Counted from the first letter of the stretch, positions 20,138 through 30,570 are shown. The stretch: DNA of 64,000 nucleotides from an uncultured Gemmatimonadales bacterium (GCA_963798845.1 CAWCUS010000003.1:133151-197150), one strand, 5' to 3'. Made by a program: numbers and translations. Notes: generated by a model from the sequence alone, not told the origin.

Positions 20138-21694
20138 ATGATCACCCCGGCGCGCCCGAAACCCGGAACGGTGTACCTCGTCGGAGCGGGCCCGGGGCAT
20201 CCAGGGCTGCTCACGCTGCGAGCGGTGGAGTGCCTGAAGAAGGCCGACCTGGTCATGTACGACTATCTGGCCAACGCCTCCCTGGTGGAGCACGCCAGGC
20301 CGGACGCGGAGCTGATGCGGCTCGGCCACCACAACGGCGGTCCCCGCCTCTCCCCCGCCGAGATCATCGCGCTCATGGTGAAGGAAGCGGCCGCGGGGAA
20401 GTGCGTGGTGCGGCTGAAGGGAGGCGACCCGAGCATTTTCGCCCGGGGCGGCGACGAGGCGACGGCATTGCGCGAGGCCGGCCTTCCCTTCGAGATCGTC
20501 CCCGGCATCACCTCCGGGCTGGCGCTGGCGGCGTTCGCCGAGATCCCGCTCACGCACTTCGAGGACGCATCGGCCGTGGCGCTGGTGACCGGACGGGAGC
20601 GGGATGCCAAGCTGGCCAACGACGACTGTCACCTCGACTACGCCGGGCTGGCCGCTTTCCCGGGCACGCTCGTGTTCTACATGGCGGTAAAGGGGACGCA
20701 GTCGTGGAGCAGTGCGCTGATGGCCGAGGGGAAGTCACCGGACACGCCAGTGGCGATCGTGCGCTGGTGCAGCAGGGCCTGGCAACAGACCGTGCGCTGC
20801 ACGCTGGGCACCGTGGCGGAGGTGGTGGAAAGCACGGGACTCCGTCCACCCGCGCTGTTCGTCGTGGGGAAGGTGGTGGCGCGCACGCCTCGCCTGAGCT
20901 GGTTCGAGTCGCGCCCGCTGTTCGGCTCGACGGTCCTGGTGGCGGGGTCCGCCAGCACGGCGGGCCGCCTGCGCGAGCGGCTGGCGGAGGCGGGAGCGGA
21001 GGTGATCACGCAGCCGGCGATCCGGATCACGCCACCTGAGACATGGGTGCCGGTGGACGACACACTGGGGCGCATCGCGACGTACGACTGGCTGGTGCTC
21101 TCGACGCCCAACGCCGTGGACTCGCTCCTCGACCACATCGACGCGCGGGGCGGCGACGCGCGCTGGCTGGGCGGAGTGAAGATCGTGGCGCTGGGCTCGG
21201 GGACGGTCGATCGCCTCACGGCGCACCGGCTGAAGCCGGACCTGACCCCCGAAGGCTACCGCCCCGCCATCCTGGCCCGCACGCTGACTCAAACCGGCGC
21301 GGGGCGCGTCCTTCTGGCCCGCTCGCACGGCGAGCGACCGATCTTGGCGGCCGAGCTCGAGAAAGCGGGTGCGACGGTGGGTGAGATCGTCGTCTACGGG
21401 ACGGCGGAAGTGCTGGAGCCGGACCCGGACGTCGCGATGTCGCTGGTGGAGGAGGAGATCGACTGGGTGGCCGTGACCAGCCCGGCCACCGCCCGATCGC
21501 TGGACCGTTTGTACGGGAGCGCCCTGCGCACTGCGCGCATCGCCTCCATCAGCCCGCTCACGTCGGCAGCGCTGCGCGAGCTCGGGCTGGAGCCGGACGT
21601 GGAAGCCGCCCCGGCCACGGTGGCCGGGCTCGTGGACGCCATAGCCGCGGCGGTCCCCCGCCTTGCCGTGGCCGAGACCGCGGGAGTTCCGTAA
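20138..21694 (+). CDS. cobA: Uroporphyrinogen-III C-methyltransferase/synthase fusion (CobA-HemD)
   Basis: VYLVGAGPG.PGLLT, RLKGGDP.IF.RG, VPGITS; WFESRPLFG followed by HemD-like domain. Confidence 0.92.
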   Translation: MITPARPKPGTVYLVGAGPGHPGLLTLRAVECLKKADLVMYDYLANASLVEHARPDAELMRLGHHNGGPRLSPAEIIALMVKEAAAGKCVVRLKGGDPSIFARGGDEATALREAGLPFEIVPGITSGLALAAFAEIPLTHFEDASAVALVTGRERDAKLANDDCHLDYAGLAAFPGTLVFYMAVKGTQSWSSALMAEGKSPDTPVAIVRWCSRAWQQTVRCTLGTVAEVVESTGLRPPALFVVGKVVARTPRLSWFESRPLFGSTVLVAGSASTAGRLRERLAEAGAEVITQPAIRITPPETWVPVDDTLGRIATYDWLVLSTPNAVDSLLDHIDARGGDARWLGGVKIVALGSGTVDRLTAHRLKPDLTPEGYRPAILARTLTQTGAGRVLLARSHGERPILAAELEKAGATVGEIVVYGTAEVLEPDPDVAMSLVEEEIDWVAVTSPATARSLDRLYGSALRTARIASISPLTSAALRELGLEPDVEAAPATVAGLVDAIAAAVPRLAVAETAGVP

Positions 21695-23307
21695 TGCAGA
21701 TCGTCTGCGTATCCAGGGGCTCGCTGTCAGCGGGCCGGGAGCTGGCCGACAATCTCGCCGCCAAGCTCGGCTACCCGGTTCTGAGCCGGGAGAAGCTGAT
21801 CGAGGAGGCGACGCACGAGGGCATCCAGGTGGGGAAGCTCGAGACCGCCATGATGAACCCGCGTGCGTTCACCGAGCGGCTCGCGAGGGAGCGGGATCAC
21901 TATCTCGCCTTCTGCACGTCGTACCTGTGCGACCGCCTGGAGGAAGGGCCGCTGGTCTACCATGGCCGGACGGGTCACCTCCTGCTGAGAGGGATCAGCC
22001 ACGTGCTGCGGGTGCGGGTCGTGGCGGACGAGGAATACCGGATCGCGAGCGTGATGCGCGAGCTCGGGCTGGAGCGGGAGAAGGCCCGGGCGTACCTGAA
22101 GGCGGTGGAAGAGGACCGTCGCAACTGGACGCGTGCGATGTACGGCGCCTCTTCCGAGGAGGCGGAGCAGTACGACGTGGTGGTGAACATCGAGCGCATG
22201 AGCGTGGGGAACGCCGCTGCGTCGCTGGTGGACATGTGCCAGCTCCCGGACTTCCAGGCGACGCCGGCATCCCGCCGGGCGATGGAGGACCTGCGGGTCT
22301 CGGCACGAGCCCGTCTGCTCCTGGCCCGCGACCCGCGCACCAACCGCTTCGGCTTCTCGGTCGGCACGCACGACGGCGTCCTGACCGTCACCTTCCTTCC
22401 GCACGACGCCGAGGTCGCCCCTCACATCGAGCCCGTGCTCCAGCCGCTGGCGGGCGTGGACGAGATCCGGGCGACCATGGCTGCCACGACCATCCTGTGG
22501 GTGCAGGAGGCGTTCGATCCGGCCTCCGACACCTTCAGGGACGTGGTGGAGATCGCGGGCAAGTGGAACGCGGCCGTCGAGCTGGTTCGCTACACGGCCG
22601 ACGCCGCGGGGCGAGGAGGCCACGGCCCGGGAGCCGCCGCACCGGTGCGGGAAGCCGTGGCGGCGGGCGGGGTGGTGGACTCTGCGGCCACGGCCGCAAC
22701 CGCGGCGGGAGCGGGCGGCGCGGGAGCGGCGACGATCGTCGCGCCGCCGATCATCGCGGCAGCCCCCGGCGGAATCGAGGAGGACGTGGACGAAGAGCCC
22801 GCCGTGGACGAAGGGCTCAAGGCCACGTTGGACGCGCTGGCGCGGCTCGGTCGCGCGGGCGGTGCCCGCCACGTCCGCGGCTCCCGGGGAAGCCTGATCG
22901 CGTCGTGCTGCGGAGGGGTTCCGCACTCGATGGTGGTGCTGGGCGAGCTGTTCCTGGGCAGCCCGCACGCCGCGAGGCTGCGGCTGACGCGCGAGCTGCG
23001 CGGCTCCATCTCGGACCGGGTCAAGGTGCCGGTCGTGACGACGGACGAGCTGCGCACGCAGTACCTGTTCGGTCACCGTGACCTGTTCCGGCTCCTGGGG
23101 TGGGTCGCAGTCGTGCTCGCGCTTTACGTGGTGGCCTTCACCCACCAGCCGGCCATGCTCCGCTTCCTGGCGAGCGGGGGCGACGCGCTCAGCGGGACCG
23201 TGGGAAGGCTGCTGGTCTCAGCGGCCGTGTTCGTGTTCGTGCCCATCGTCGCCTTCTCCTACGGGACGGTGGCGCGGCTGCTCATGAAGCTGATCCGGAT
23301 GGAGTAG
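21694..23307 (+). CDS. Membrane-anchored multidomain cytidylate kinase-like protein
   Basis: IVCVSRGSLSAG, LVYHG, BON-like segment (THDGVLTV...LAGVDEI), Ala/Gly-rich linker, two C-terminal TM helices. Confidence 0.8.
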   Translation: MQIVCVSRGSLSAGRELADNLAAKLGYPVLSREKLIEEATHEGIQVGKLETAMMNPRAFTERLARERDHYLAFCTSYLCDRLEEGPLVYHGRTGHLLLRGISHVLRVRVVADEEYRIASVMRELGLEREKARAYLKAVEEDRRNWTRAMYGASSEEAEQYDVVVNIERMSVGNAAASLVDMCQLPDFQATPASRRAMEDLRVSARARLLLARDPRTNRFGFSVGTHDGVLTVTFLPHDAEVAPHIEPVLQPLAGVDEIRATMAATTILWVQEAFDPASDTFRDVVEIAGKWNAAVELVRYTADAAGRGGHGPGAAAPVREAVAAGGVVDSAATAATAAGAGGAGAATIVAPPIIAAAPGGIEEDVDEEPAVDEGLKATLDALARLGRAGGARHVRGSRGSLIASCCGGVPHSMVVLGELFLGSPHAARLRLTRELRGSISDRVKVPVVTTDELRTQYLFGHRDLFRLLGWVAVVLALYVVAFTHQPAMLRFLASGGDALSGTVGRLLVSAAVFVFVPIVAFSYGTVARLLMKLIRME

Positions 23308-23311
23308 CGAA

Positions 23312-24412
23312 ATGGATCCAACCCTTCTGTTCCAGCACTTCGTGACCATCGATGCAGGCATAGCGGTGAAGGTGGTGCTGCTGGGCTTCATCGGCGGCAT
23401 CCTGTCCGGCTTCATCGGAAGCGGCGGCGCCTTCTTCATGACGCCCGGGATGATGAACCTGGGCGTGCCCGGCGTGGTTGCGGTGGGCAGCAACATCACG
23501 CACAAGTTCGGCAAGGCGATGGTGGGCTCGCGCAAGCACAGCGAGCTCGGGAACGTCGACAAGCGACTGGGCGTGTACCTGATCCTGACATCCTTCATCG
23601 GCATCCGCATCGCCGTGTGGATCAACAGCGCGCTGTTCGGAGCCGGCGGAGACGGACACGGCGCCGGCGGCTCGGCGGCGGCCGACCTGTACATCAGCGC
23701 GGTCTTCATCTTCATTCTCTCGCTGGTGGCCGTCTCAATGCTCCGGGACGTGCTCCGCCCGACCGGGAAGGGTGAGGACGAGGGCGGCCCGTCGCAGCGC
23801 ATCGCGAACTTCATCGGCTCTCTCAAGCTCCCGCCCTACGCCTCGTTCGAGGTTGCGGACGTGAAGGTCTCGATCTGGGTGCTGGCGGTGGTGGGCCTGG
23901 CAACGGGGTACCTGGCCGGGACCATCGGGGTGGGCGGCTTCATCGGCGTTCCGTGCATGATCTACGTCTTCGGCGTGCCGACCGCCGTGGCTGCGGGGAC
24001 CGAGCTGTACCTGGCCATGTTCATGGGCGGGTGGGGCGCCCTCAACTACGCGTTCGAAGGTTTCGTCGATCTGCGCCTGACCATGCTCCTCTACCTGGGC
24101 TCCCTCCTGGGCATCTACGTGGGGGTGTACGGGACGAAGGTGGTGAAGGAGCAACTGATCCGGCTGGTGACCGGCGTCGTGATCCTGCTGTGCGTCGTTA
24201 GCCGCGCGGTGGCAGCGCCGGCCTACATGCGCCAGCTGGGCTGGATCCAGCTCGATCCCGCATGGGACGCCCATTTCAACATGGCGAGCGAGGTGATGCT
24301 GTTCGCGGCCGGGATCTCCGGCTCCGGGCTGATCCTCTACCACGTGGTCCGGTCGTACCGGCAGAGGCTGCGGGTCCAGAAGCGTCTGGTGGAAGCGAGA
24401 CTCGCGGGATGA
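23312..24412 (+). CDS. TSUP (TauE/SafE) family transporter
   Basis: SGFIGSGGAFFMTP, HKFGKA, AGTIGVGGFIGVP, AAGTEL. Confidence 0.9.
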   Translation: MDPTLLFQHFVTIDAGIAVKVVLLGFIGGILSGFIGSGGAFFMTPGMMNLGVPGVVAVGSNITHKFGKAMVGSRKHSELGNVDKRLGVYLILTSFIGIRIAVWINSALFGAGGDGHGAGGSAAADLYISAVFIFILSLVAVSMLRDVLRPTGKGEDEGGPSQRIANFIGSLKLPPYASFEVADVKVSIWVLAVVGLATGYLAGTIGVGGFIGVPCMIYVFGVPTAVAAGTELYLAMFMGGWGALNYAFEGFVDLRLTMLLYLGSLLGIYVGVYGTKVVKEQLIRLVTGVVILLCVVSRAVAAPAYMRQLGWIQLDPAWDAHFNMASEVMLFAAGISGSGLILYHVVRSYRQRLRVQKRLVEARLAG

Positions 24413-24476
24413 GCCCCGGGCGCGTGAAACCCGGCTCGCGGCGAGGCAAGGGCGGTCGGCGGACAAGGAGGGCCGA

Positions 24477-25082
24477 ATGGCGGACATGAAGAAGAAGATC
24501 GAGGACTGGATGGTCCGGGTCTCGTTCGCGGAAGCCAATGCGGACGAGGAAGGATTTCGGGTCACGGGGGAGCCGGTGGACCGGAAAACGACCCTGGCGC
24601 TGGACCGGATCCGCATGGTGCGGAACGAGCGGGCGTCTGAGCGCGGCACGGAGGATGACATGGCCGAGACGGGCGAGACATTCGCGGGGCTTCCCGGAGG
24701 CGACCTGAGCGTCATGGTGATCGATGACGAGCCGATCGTCGGGAAGCGGCTGAAGCCCGCGCTGGAGAAGGCGGGATTCACCGTGGAGTGCTACGAACAC
24801 CCGGCCGCGGCGGTGTCCAGGCTGGCGGAGAAGGAGTTCGATATCGTCGTGACAGACCTCCGGATGGAGGGGATGGACGGTATCGAGATACTCGAGCACG
24901 TGATGGCGCACTGCGAGCACACGCGCGTGATCCTGATCACCGGCTACGCCACGGTGGAAGTGGCGCGGGAAGCGCTGGTGAAGGGAGCGTTCGACTTCAT
25001 TTCGAAGCCGTTCAAGCCCCGGGACCTGCGGGCGGTGATCAACAAGGCGGCGCTTTCACTCGGATACCAGGGGATCATCTAG
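24477..25082 (+). CDS. Response regulator (single REC with N-terminal extension)
   Basis: IDDE, VVTDLRM, ITGY, FISKPF; about 75-aa N-terminal extension containing MVRVSFAEA. Confidence 0.9.
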   Translation: MADMKKKIEDWMVRVSFAEANADEEGFRVTGEPVDRKTTLALDRIRMVRNERASERGTEDDMAETGETFAGLPGGDLSVMVIDDEPIVGKRLKPALEKAGFTVECYEHPAAAVSRLAEKEFDIVVTDLRMEGMDGIEILEHVMAHCEHTRVILITGYATVEVAREALVKGAFDFISKPFKPRDLRAVINKAALSLGYQGII

Positions 25083-25091
25083 GAGGCCACC

Positions 25092-26636
25092 GTGCCTTCG
25101 TCAAATCCGGGTGCCGAGGGCGCCTCTCCGCTGGACGCGATGGCGGACGAGGCGCAGCGCGCGTTCCAGGCGAGGCGGAGCCTGTCGATCCGCACGCGTC
25201 TCACGCTCGGGCTGCTGCTGTGGCTGGCCCTGAGCCTCGGCGTGACCGTGGTGTCGATCCTCATCCTCGGGCGGGTCCAGACCAAGCTCGACTCCGTGGG
25301 CGCGGTCGAGCGGTACGCGTTCGAGATCCAGCAGGCCAGGCGCTTCGAGAAGAACTACTTCCTCTACGGCACGAACCTCCCGGATGCGCTGGACGGCGTG
25401 CACACGGCGGGCGGGCTGCTGGAGCGGGAGCGTGGGAGCATCGCGTCGGTGCTCGGGCAGGCGGCGCTGGACACCATGCGTCTGCACGTGCAGCGCTACG
25501 AGGAGCTGCTGGCGCGGCTGCCGGCGCTGCGGGCGGAAGCGGACGCGCGGCGGCTCGCGACGATCGAGGCGGAGCTTCGGGTGCACGGCGCCGAGATGGT
25601 GCTCATGTCGGAGGAGCTGTCGACGCGTGAGCGGCGCAGTGTCGAGTCGCTGCTGGTGACGTCCCAGCGGATGGCGGTGGCGTTCCTGGTGCTCCTCCTC
25701 TTCGTGATCGGGCTGTTCGGCGTGTTCGTGGTGCGCCAGATCCTGGCGCCGCTCGACCGGATCATGCGCGCGACGCGCCGGATCGCAGAAGGCGACCTCA
25801 CGCCGATCACTCCCCGGCGGCGCTACCACGACGAGTTCAGCGAGCTGGCCGGAGCGATCAACTACATGATGAGCGAGCTGGTGCGGCGGCAGCAGCTGCT
25901 GGTGCAGACGCACAAGCTGCAGGCCATCGGGACGCTGACGGCAGGGGTGGCGCACGAGCTGAACAACCCGATCAACAACATCATGCTCACGGCCGACAGC
26001 CTGCAGGAGGACTACCAGGAGCTGACGGACGGGGATCGGCTGGACATGGTGGCCGATCTGGTGCACGAGTCGGAGCGCGCGCGCGGCATCGTCCGCAATC
26101 TCCTCGACTTCGCACGTCAGACGGAGACGGAGCTGACGCCGCTGGACGTGGAGCAGATCGTGGGCGAGACGCTCCAGCTGGCGAGCAACCAGGTGAAGAT
26201 CGCGAAGGTCAAGGTGCAGGGCGAGGTGGAGGAGAACGTGCCGCCGGTTTTCGGGGACCGGCAGCAGCTGATCCAGGTGTTCCTGAACCTGGTGCTCAAT
26301 GCGCTCCACGCCATGCCGGGAGGTGGCATCCTCACGATTGGCGTGGAGAAGTCGGAGGACCGGAACTTCGTCGACATCTCGTTCGCGGACACGGGTACCG
26401 GGATCGCGTCGCAGCACCTTTCACGCATTTTCGACCCGTTCTTCAGCACGAAGAAGCAGGCGCGGGGCACGGGGCTCGGGTTGAGCGTGTCGCTGGGGAT
26501 CATCAAGCAGCACGGCGGGGACATCCGGGTGAAGAGCGCGGAAGGCGAGGGGGCGGTCTTCACAGTCTCGCTCCCGGTAGCGCGGGTACCCGCGTCGATG
26601 GAGAGCGCGGAGGCGGCGCTGGCGGCGGAGACCTGA
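25092..26636 (+). CDS. HAMP-containing sensor histidine kinase
   Basis: 2 TM, HAMP, AHELNNP, QVFLNLVLNA, DTGTG, FDPFFSTK, GTGLGL. Confidence 0.95.
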   Translation: MPSSNPGAEGASPLDAMADEAQRAFQARRSLSIRTRLTLGLLLWLALSLGVTVVSILILGRVQTKLDSVGAVERYAFEIQQARRFEKNYFLYGTNLPDALDGVHTAGGLLERERGSIASVLGQAALDTMRLHVQRYEELLARLPALRAEADARRLATIEAELRVHGAEMVLMSEELSTRERRSVESLLVTSQRMAVAFLVLLLFVIGLFGVFVVRQILAPLDRIMRATRRIAEGDLTPITPRRRYHDEFSELAGAINYMMSELVRRQQLLVQTHKLQAIGTLTAGVAHELNNPINNIMLTADSLQEDYQELTDGDRLDMVADLVHESERARGIVRNLLDFARQTETELTPLDVEQIVGETLQLASNQVKIAKVKVQGEVEENVPPVFGDRQQLIQVFLNLVLNALHAMPGGGILTIGVEKSEDRNFVDISFADTGTGIASQHLSRIFDPFFSTKKQARGTGLGLSVSLGIIKQHGGDIRVKSAEGEGAVFTVSLPVARVPASMESAEAALAAET

Positions 26637-26723
26637 TGTTGGTGGGCGGGGGCGAGAGTCCGGGAAGGTTCCGGTCGCGAGACAGGGGCAATGATCTCCC
26701 TCCAGGAGGGGGACGGAGGTAGA

Positions 26724-27431
26724 ATGACGATCATGACCGAATCGACCGGCGCTTCGGCCGGCGCTCCGCCGGCGCCCGGCGTGTGTGCCCGCGGGCCGCA
26801 GGATGCCGCGTCCGCGGCGTTTTTGGGCCGGATCACGGCAGGCGCGACGCACGAGTTTCGGAACGTGCTGGCGATCATCAACGAGTCGGCGGGACTGGTG
26901 GACGACCTGCTGGCGAGCAATGGGACCGGTGCGCTCGCGCGGGACAAGATGGAGTGGGCGACGGGGCGGATCGCGGCGCAGGTGGCCCGCGGTGCGGAGC
27001 TGTGCACAGCGCTGAACCATGTGGCGCACGGGCTGGACCGGGCGGTGGAAGTGGTGCCGCTGACCCGGGCGGTGGCGGACGCGGCGCTGCTGTGCGGGCG
27101 CGCCGCCAGGCAGGCACAGCGTCGCCTTGCCGTGCTTCCTGCACGGGAGGAGCCGATCGTGGAGCGGTGCGCGCTCCACCTGTACATGGGGCTGATCGCC
27201 GTGCTGGAGTGGTGTGTCCCCAGGGTCCCGGAAGGCGGAACGCTCGCAGTCCGGGCCGAGCTCCGGGACGGCCGGCCGGCGGCGGTCTTCCGGTCGGAGC
27301 CTGCGTGGCAGACGGAGCTGGCGGAGAACGGCGGAGCGGGAGCGGCTGTCGACAGGGAGCTCCTGCGTTCGTTGCGGGTGGACCTGGAGGTTCCGACCCC
27401 CGGGTCGGAGCTACTCCTCCTCTTCCAATGA
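26724..27431 (+). CDS. Degenerate histidine kinase (DHp retained, ATPase boxes not recognisable)
   Basis: ATHEFRNVLAIINESAGL H-box; no N, DxGxG or GxGLGL box; no TM. Confidence 0.7.
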   Translation: MTIMTESTGASAGAPPAPGVCARGPQDAASAAFLGRITAGATHEFRNVLAIINESAGLVDDLLASNGTGALARDKMEWATGRIAAQVARGAELCTALNHVAHGLDRAVEVVPLTRAVADAALLCGRAARQAQRRLAVLPAREEPIVERCALHLYMGLIAVLEWCVPRVPEGGTLAVRAELRDGRPAAVFRSEPAWQTELAENGGAGAAVDRELLRSLRVDLEVPTPGSELLLLFQ

Positions 27432-27483
27432 GCCCGGGTCAGGGATCCGAGGGATCGCGGCCGACGGGTCGAGCGAGGCACCG

Positions 27484-28404
27484 ATGAGCAAGATCAAGCT
27501 CCTGCTGGTCGACGACGAGGAGGAGTACGTCCGCACCATGGCGACGCGGCTGGCCATGCGGGATGTCTCCAGTCAGGTTGCCCTGACGGGCGAGGATGCT
27601 CTCGCGGCGGTGGCGTCGGACGCTCCGCACGTCATGGTACTGGATCTGCGCATGCCGGGTATCGACGGCATGGCGGTGCTGGAGCGGGTGAAGCGGGAGC
27701 ATCCGCACGTACAGGTCATCATCCTGACGGGACATGGATCGGACGAAGAGAAGCGCAGGGCACTGGAGCTGGGGGCATTCAGGTACCTCGAGAAGCCGAC
27801 CGACACGGGGCAGCTGGTGGGCGTGATCCATGAGGCGTGGAAGCGGGCACTGCGTCTTCTGAGGGAATCGGAAGCGGAGTTCAGCCGCTCGATGGTGGCG
27901 GCGGCGATGGCGGAAGCGGGCGATCCGGATTCGGCGCTGGAGCATCTCTCACGCCGGGGTGAGCCGGGCCCGTCGGCGGCAGTGGTGGATCAGGAGCCGC
28001 CCCTCAAGGTGCTGTTCGTGGACGACGAGGAGGACTTCGTTCGGACGCTGGCGCAGCGCATGGAGATGCGCGATCTCGGGGGCGACGTGGCCCTGAGCGG
28101 GCGCGAAGCGCTGGACGCGCTTGAGCGGGACCCGCCCGACGTGATGGTGCTGGATCTGAAGATGCCGGGCATCGGCGGAATGGAGGTGCTCCGCCGTGTG
28201 AAGAAGGTGAATCCGGCCATCCAGGTCGTCATCATGACCGGGCACGGCTCCGAGCAGGACGAGGAGGAAGCGAGGCGGCTGGGCGCCTTCGACTACCTGC
28301 GCAAGCCGGTCGACATCGAGGTCCTGATGGACGCCATCAGGCAGGCGGGGCGCAGCGGGCGCGCGGGCCCCGGAACCTCCGGGGGGCTTCCCGGCAACAC
28401 CTGA
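27484..28404 (+). CDS. Response regulator with two REC domains
   Basis: LVDDE..MVLDLRMP..LEKP and FVDDE..MVLDLKMP..LRKP joined by a linker with MVAAAMAEAG. Confidence 0.92.
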   Translation: MSKIKLLLVDDEEEYVRTMATRLAMRDVSSQVALTGEDALAAVASDAPHVMVLDLRMPGIDGMAVLERVKREHPHVQVIILTGHGSDEEKRRALELGAFRYLEKPTDTGQLVGVIHEAWKRALRLLRESEAEFSRSMVAAAMAEAGDPDSALEHLSRRGEPGPSAAVVDQEPPLKVLFVDDEEDFVRTLAQRMEMRDLGGDVALSGREALDALERDPPDVMVLDLKMPGIGGMEVLRRVKKVNPAIQVVIMTGHGSEQDEEEARRLGAFDYLRKPVDIEVLMDAIRQAGRSGRAGPGTSGGLPGNT

Positions 28405-28417
28405 CCGGCGCACATCC

Positions 28418-30193
28418 ATGGACGAGCGTGTGACGCAGCAGACCCCGGCCATACCCGGTGACACGGACCGGCTCATATCCGGGCGCCGGTACCGCCGGAT
28501 GCTGATCACCGCCGTGCTGGCGATCTCGGCGGTGGCACTGGTCCCCCTGGCACTGATGTCGTGGGTGAGCTACCGCCAGTATCGCGAAGCGTTCCGCGCG
28601 GAGCTCACGCGCCCGATGCTCCGTTTCGCCGAAGCGGGGCAGCATTCGATGGAGTCCTACCTGGCCGACCGCCTGTCGGCGCTCGCGGGGGTGGTGCGGA
28701 GCCAGAGCTTTGCGCAGCTGACGGGGCCCGGGCGGCTCGATTCGGTCCTGGTCTCGATGAACCAGACGTTCGGCGGCGTGGTGGACCTGGGCGTGGTGGG
28801 GGACGACGGGCTGCAGGTGGCGTACGCGGGGCCGTTCGGACTGGCCGGCCGGGACTACAGCCAACAGACGTGGTTCAGTGAGGTGGCCACCGGCGGCTCA
28901 TACGTGAGCGACGTCTTCCTCGGATACCGGAACCTGCCGCACATCGTCGTGGCGATCCAGGCGGACCGTGGAGGCGGCGGGGAGTGGTTCGCGCTGCGGG
29001 CGACCATCGACACAGACGTTCTGCACTGGCTCGTGCGCGACCGCGGGAGCCGCCGCCCCGAGCAGGGGTCGGTCTGCAACCGGTGCCATTCCCTGGGCGT
29101 GCCGCCGTTCAGCGACGCGTTCATCATCAACGACGCCGGCGTGCTGCAGACGCCGTCGCGTCGCTACGGCGCGGTCCTGGACACGGCACCGATCGGGCCG
29201 CTCCCCCCCGCTCCCGAGCCGCGCTTCATTTCCTTCACCGATGGCCGGGGGGAACCCGTGGTAGCGGCGTACGCCGCCATCGCCCGGTCCCCGTTCACGC
29301 TGGTGCTGCTGAGCCCCCTCGACGCGTTTCACGAGGGCTGGCGGTCTCTTCGGCGCGATCTGGTGGTGATCCCGTTCATCAGCGGGCTGGTCATCCTTCT
29401 GGTGATCATCGGCGGCACCGCGTGGACCGTGCGGGCCGCGCGGGAGGCGGACCGGAGGCGGGCCGCGCTGTTCCACGAGATGGAGTACACCAACAAGCTG
29501 GCGGCGATCGGCCGGCTGGCGGCGGGTGTGGCGCATGAGATCAACAACCCGCTCGCGATCATCTCGCAGAAGGCGGGGCTTCTGCACGACCTGCTGACCA
29601 TGTCGGAGGAGCCACCCCCGCGGGAGAAGTCGCTGGACCTGGTGGAAAGCGTGCTGCGATCGGCGGAACGGTGCGGCGGGATCACGCACCGCCTGCTGGG
29701 CTTCGCGAAGCACATGGATGTGAAGCACGAGACCATCAACCTGGACGCCCTGCTGGGGGAGGTCCTCAGCTTCCTGGAGAAGGAGGCGGAGCACCGCAAC
29801 CTGAAGGTGGAGCTTCGGGAGGAGGAGGACACGCCGGCCATCACGAGCGACCGTGGCCAGCTTCAGCAGGTCTTCCTCAACATCATCAACAACGCGTTCG
29901 CCGCGGTGGAGGATGGCGGGCGCATTGAGATCGACGCTCACCGCGCCGGCGCGGGCCGCGTGGCGGTCACGATAACCGACAATGGCGTGGGCATCCCGGA
30001 GGACAACCTGGAGCACATCTTCGACCCGTTCTTCACCACGAAGCAGGGGGCGGGCACGGGTCTGGGTCTGTCGATCACCTACGGCATCGTGGAAAAGCTC
30101 GGAGGCGAGATCGCCGTTCGGAGCCGGGTCGGGGAAGGCACGTCCTTCACGGTGACGCTCCCGGTCGAGCCTCCGGCGGTCAGGAGCCGGTGA
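28418..30193 (+). CDS. Cache-type sensor histidine kinase with periplasmic CxxCH
   Basis: TM1, Cache-like YAGP...W...[17 protein letters not shown]2, AHEINNP, DNGVG, GTGLGL. Confidence 0.93.
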   Translation: MDERVTQQTPAIPGDTDRLISGRRYRRMLITAVLAISAVALVPLALMSWVSYRQYREAFRAELTRPMLRFAEAGQHSMESYLADRLSALAGVVRSQSFAQLTGPGRLDSVLVSMNQTFGGVVDLGVVGDDGLQVAYAGPFGLAGRDYSQQTWFSEVATGGSYVSDVFLGYRNLPHIVVAIQADRGGGGEWFALRATIDTDVLHWLVRDRGSRRPEQGSVCNRCHSLGVPPFSDAFIINDAGVLQTPSRRYGAVLDTAPIGPLPPAPEPRFISFTDGRGEPVVAAYAAIARSPFTLVLLSPLDAFHEGWRSLRRDLVVIPFISGLVILLVIIGGTAWTVRAAREADRRRAALFHEMEYTNKLAAIGRLAAGVAHEINNPLAIISQKAGLLHDLLTMSEEPPPREKSLDLVESVLRSAERCGGITHRLLGFAKHMDVKHETINLDALLGEVLSFLEKEAEHRNLKVELREEEDTPAITSDRGQLQQVFLNIINNAFAAVEDGGRIEIDAHRAGAGRVAVTITDNGVGIPEDNLEHIFDPFFTTKQGAGTGLGLSITYGIVEKLGGEIAVRSRVGEGTSFTVTLPVEPPAVRSR

Positions 30194-30570
30194 TGGAGTC
30201 GATTCGCGTGCTGCTGGTGGACGACGAGGAGGAGCTGGTGAGCGCGCTGGGCGAGCGGCTGGAGCTGAGAGGCTTCGTCGTCGCCGGCGTCACCAGCGGA
30301 GAGGAAGCGCTCGCGGCGTTGGGGAACGCGCGCTGGGACGTGCTGCTGGCCGACATCCGCATGCCGGGGATGGGCGGGTTCGAGCTGACGCGGCAGGCGC
30401 GCGAGGAGCACCCGGAGACGGCCGTGGTGCTGCTCACGGGTCGGAGCGCGGCCGGGGATGCGGAACAGGGGCTGGCGCTCGGCGCCTGCGATTGCCTGGT
30501 GAAGCCGGTCGCCATCGAGGAGCTGACGCGTGTGCTCCGGGCGGCCGCACAACGGGAGAACCGAACGTGA
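30193..30570 (+). CDS. Stand-alone REC response regulator
   Basis: LVDDE, LLADIRMPG, LTG, LVKP. Confidence 0.9.
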   Translation: MESIRVLLVDDEEELVSALGERLELRGFVVAGVTSGEEALAALGNARWDVLLADIRMPGMGGFELTRQAREEHPETAVVLLTGRSAAGDAEQGLALGACDCLVKPVAIEELTRVLRAAAQRENRT

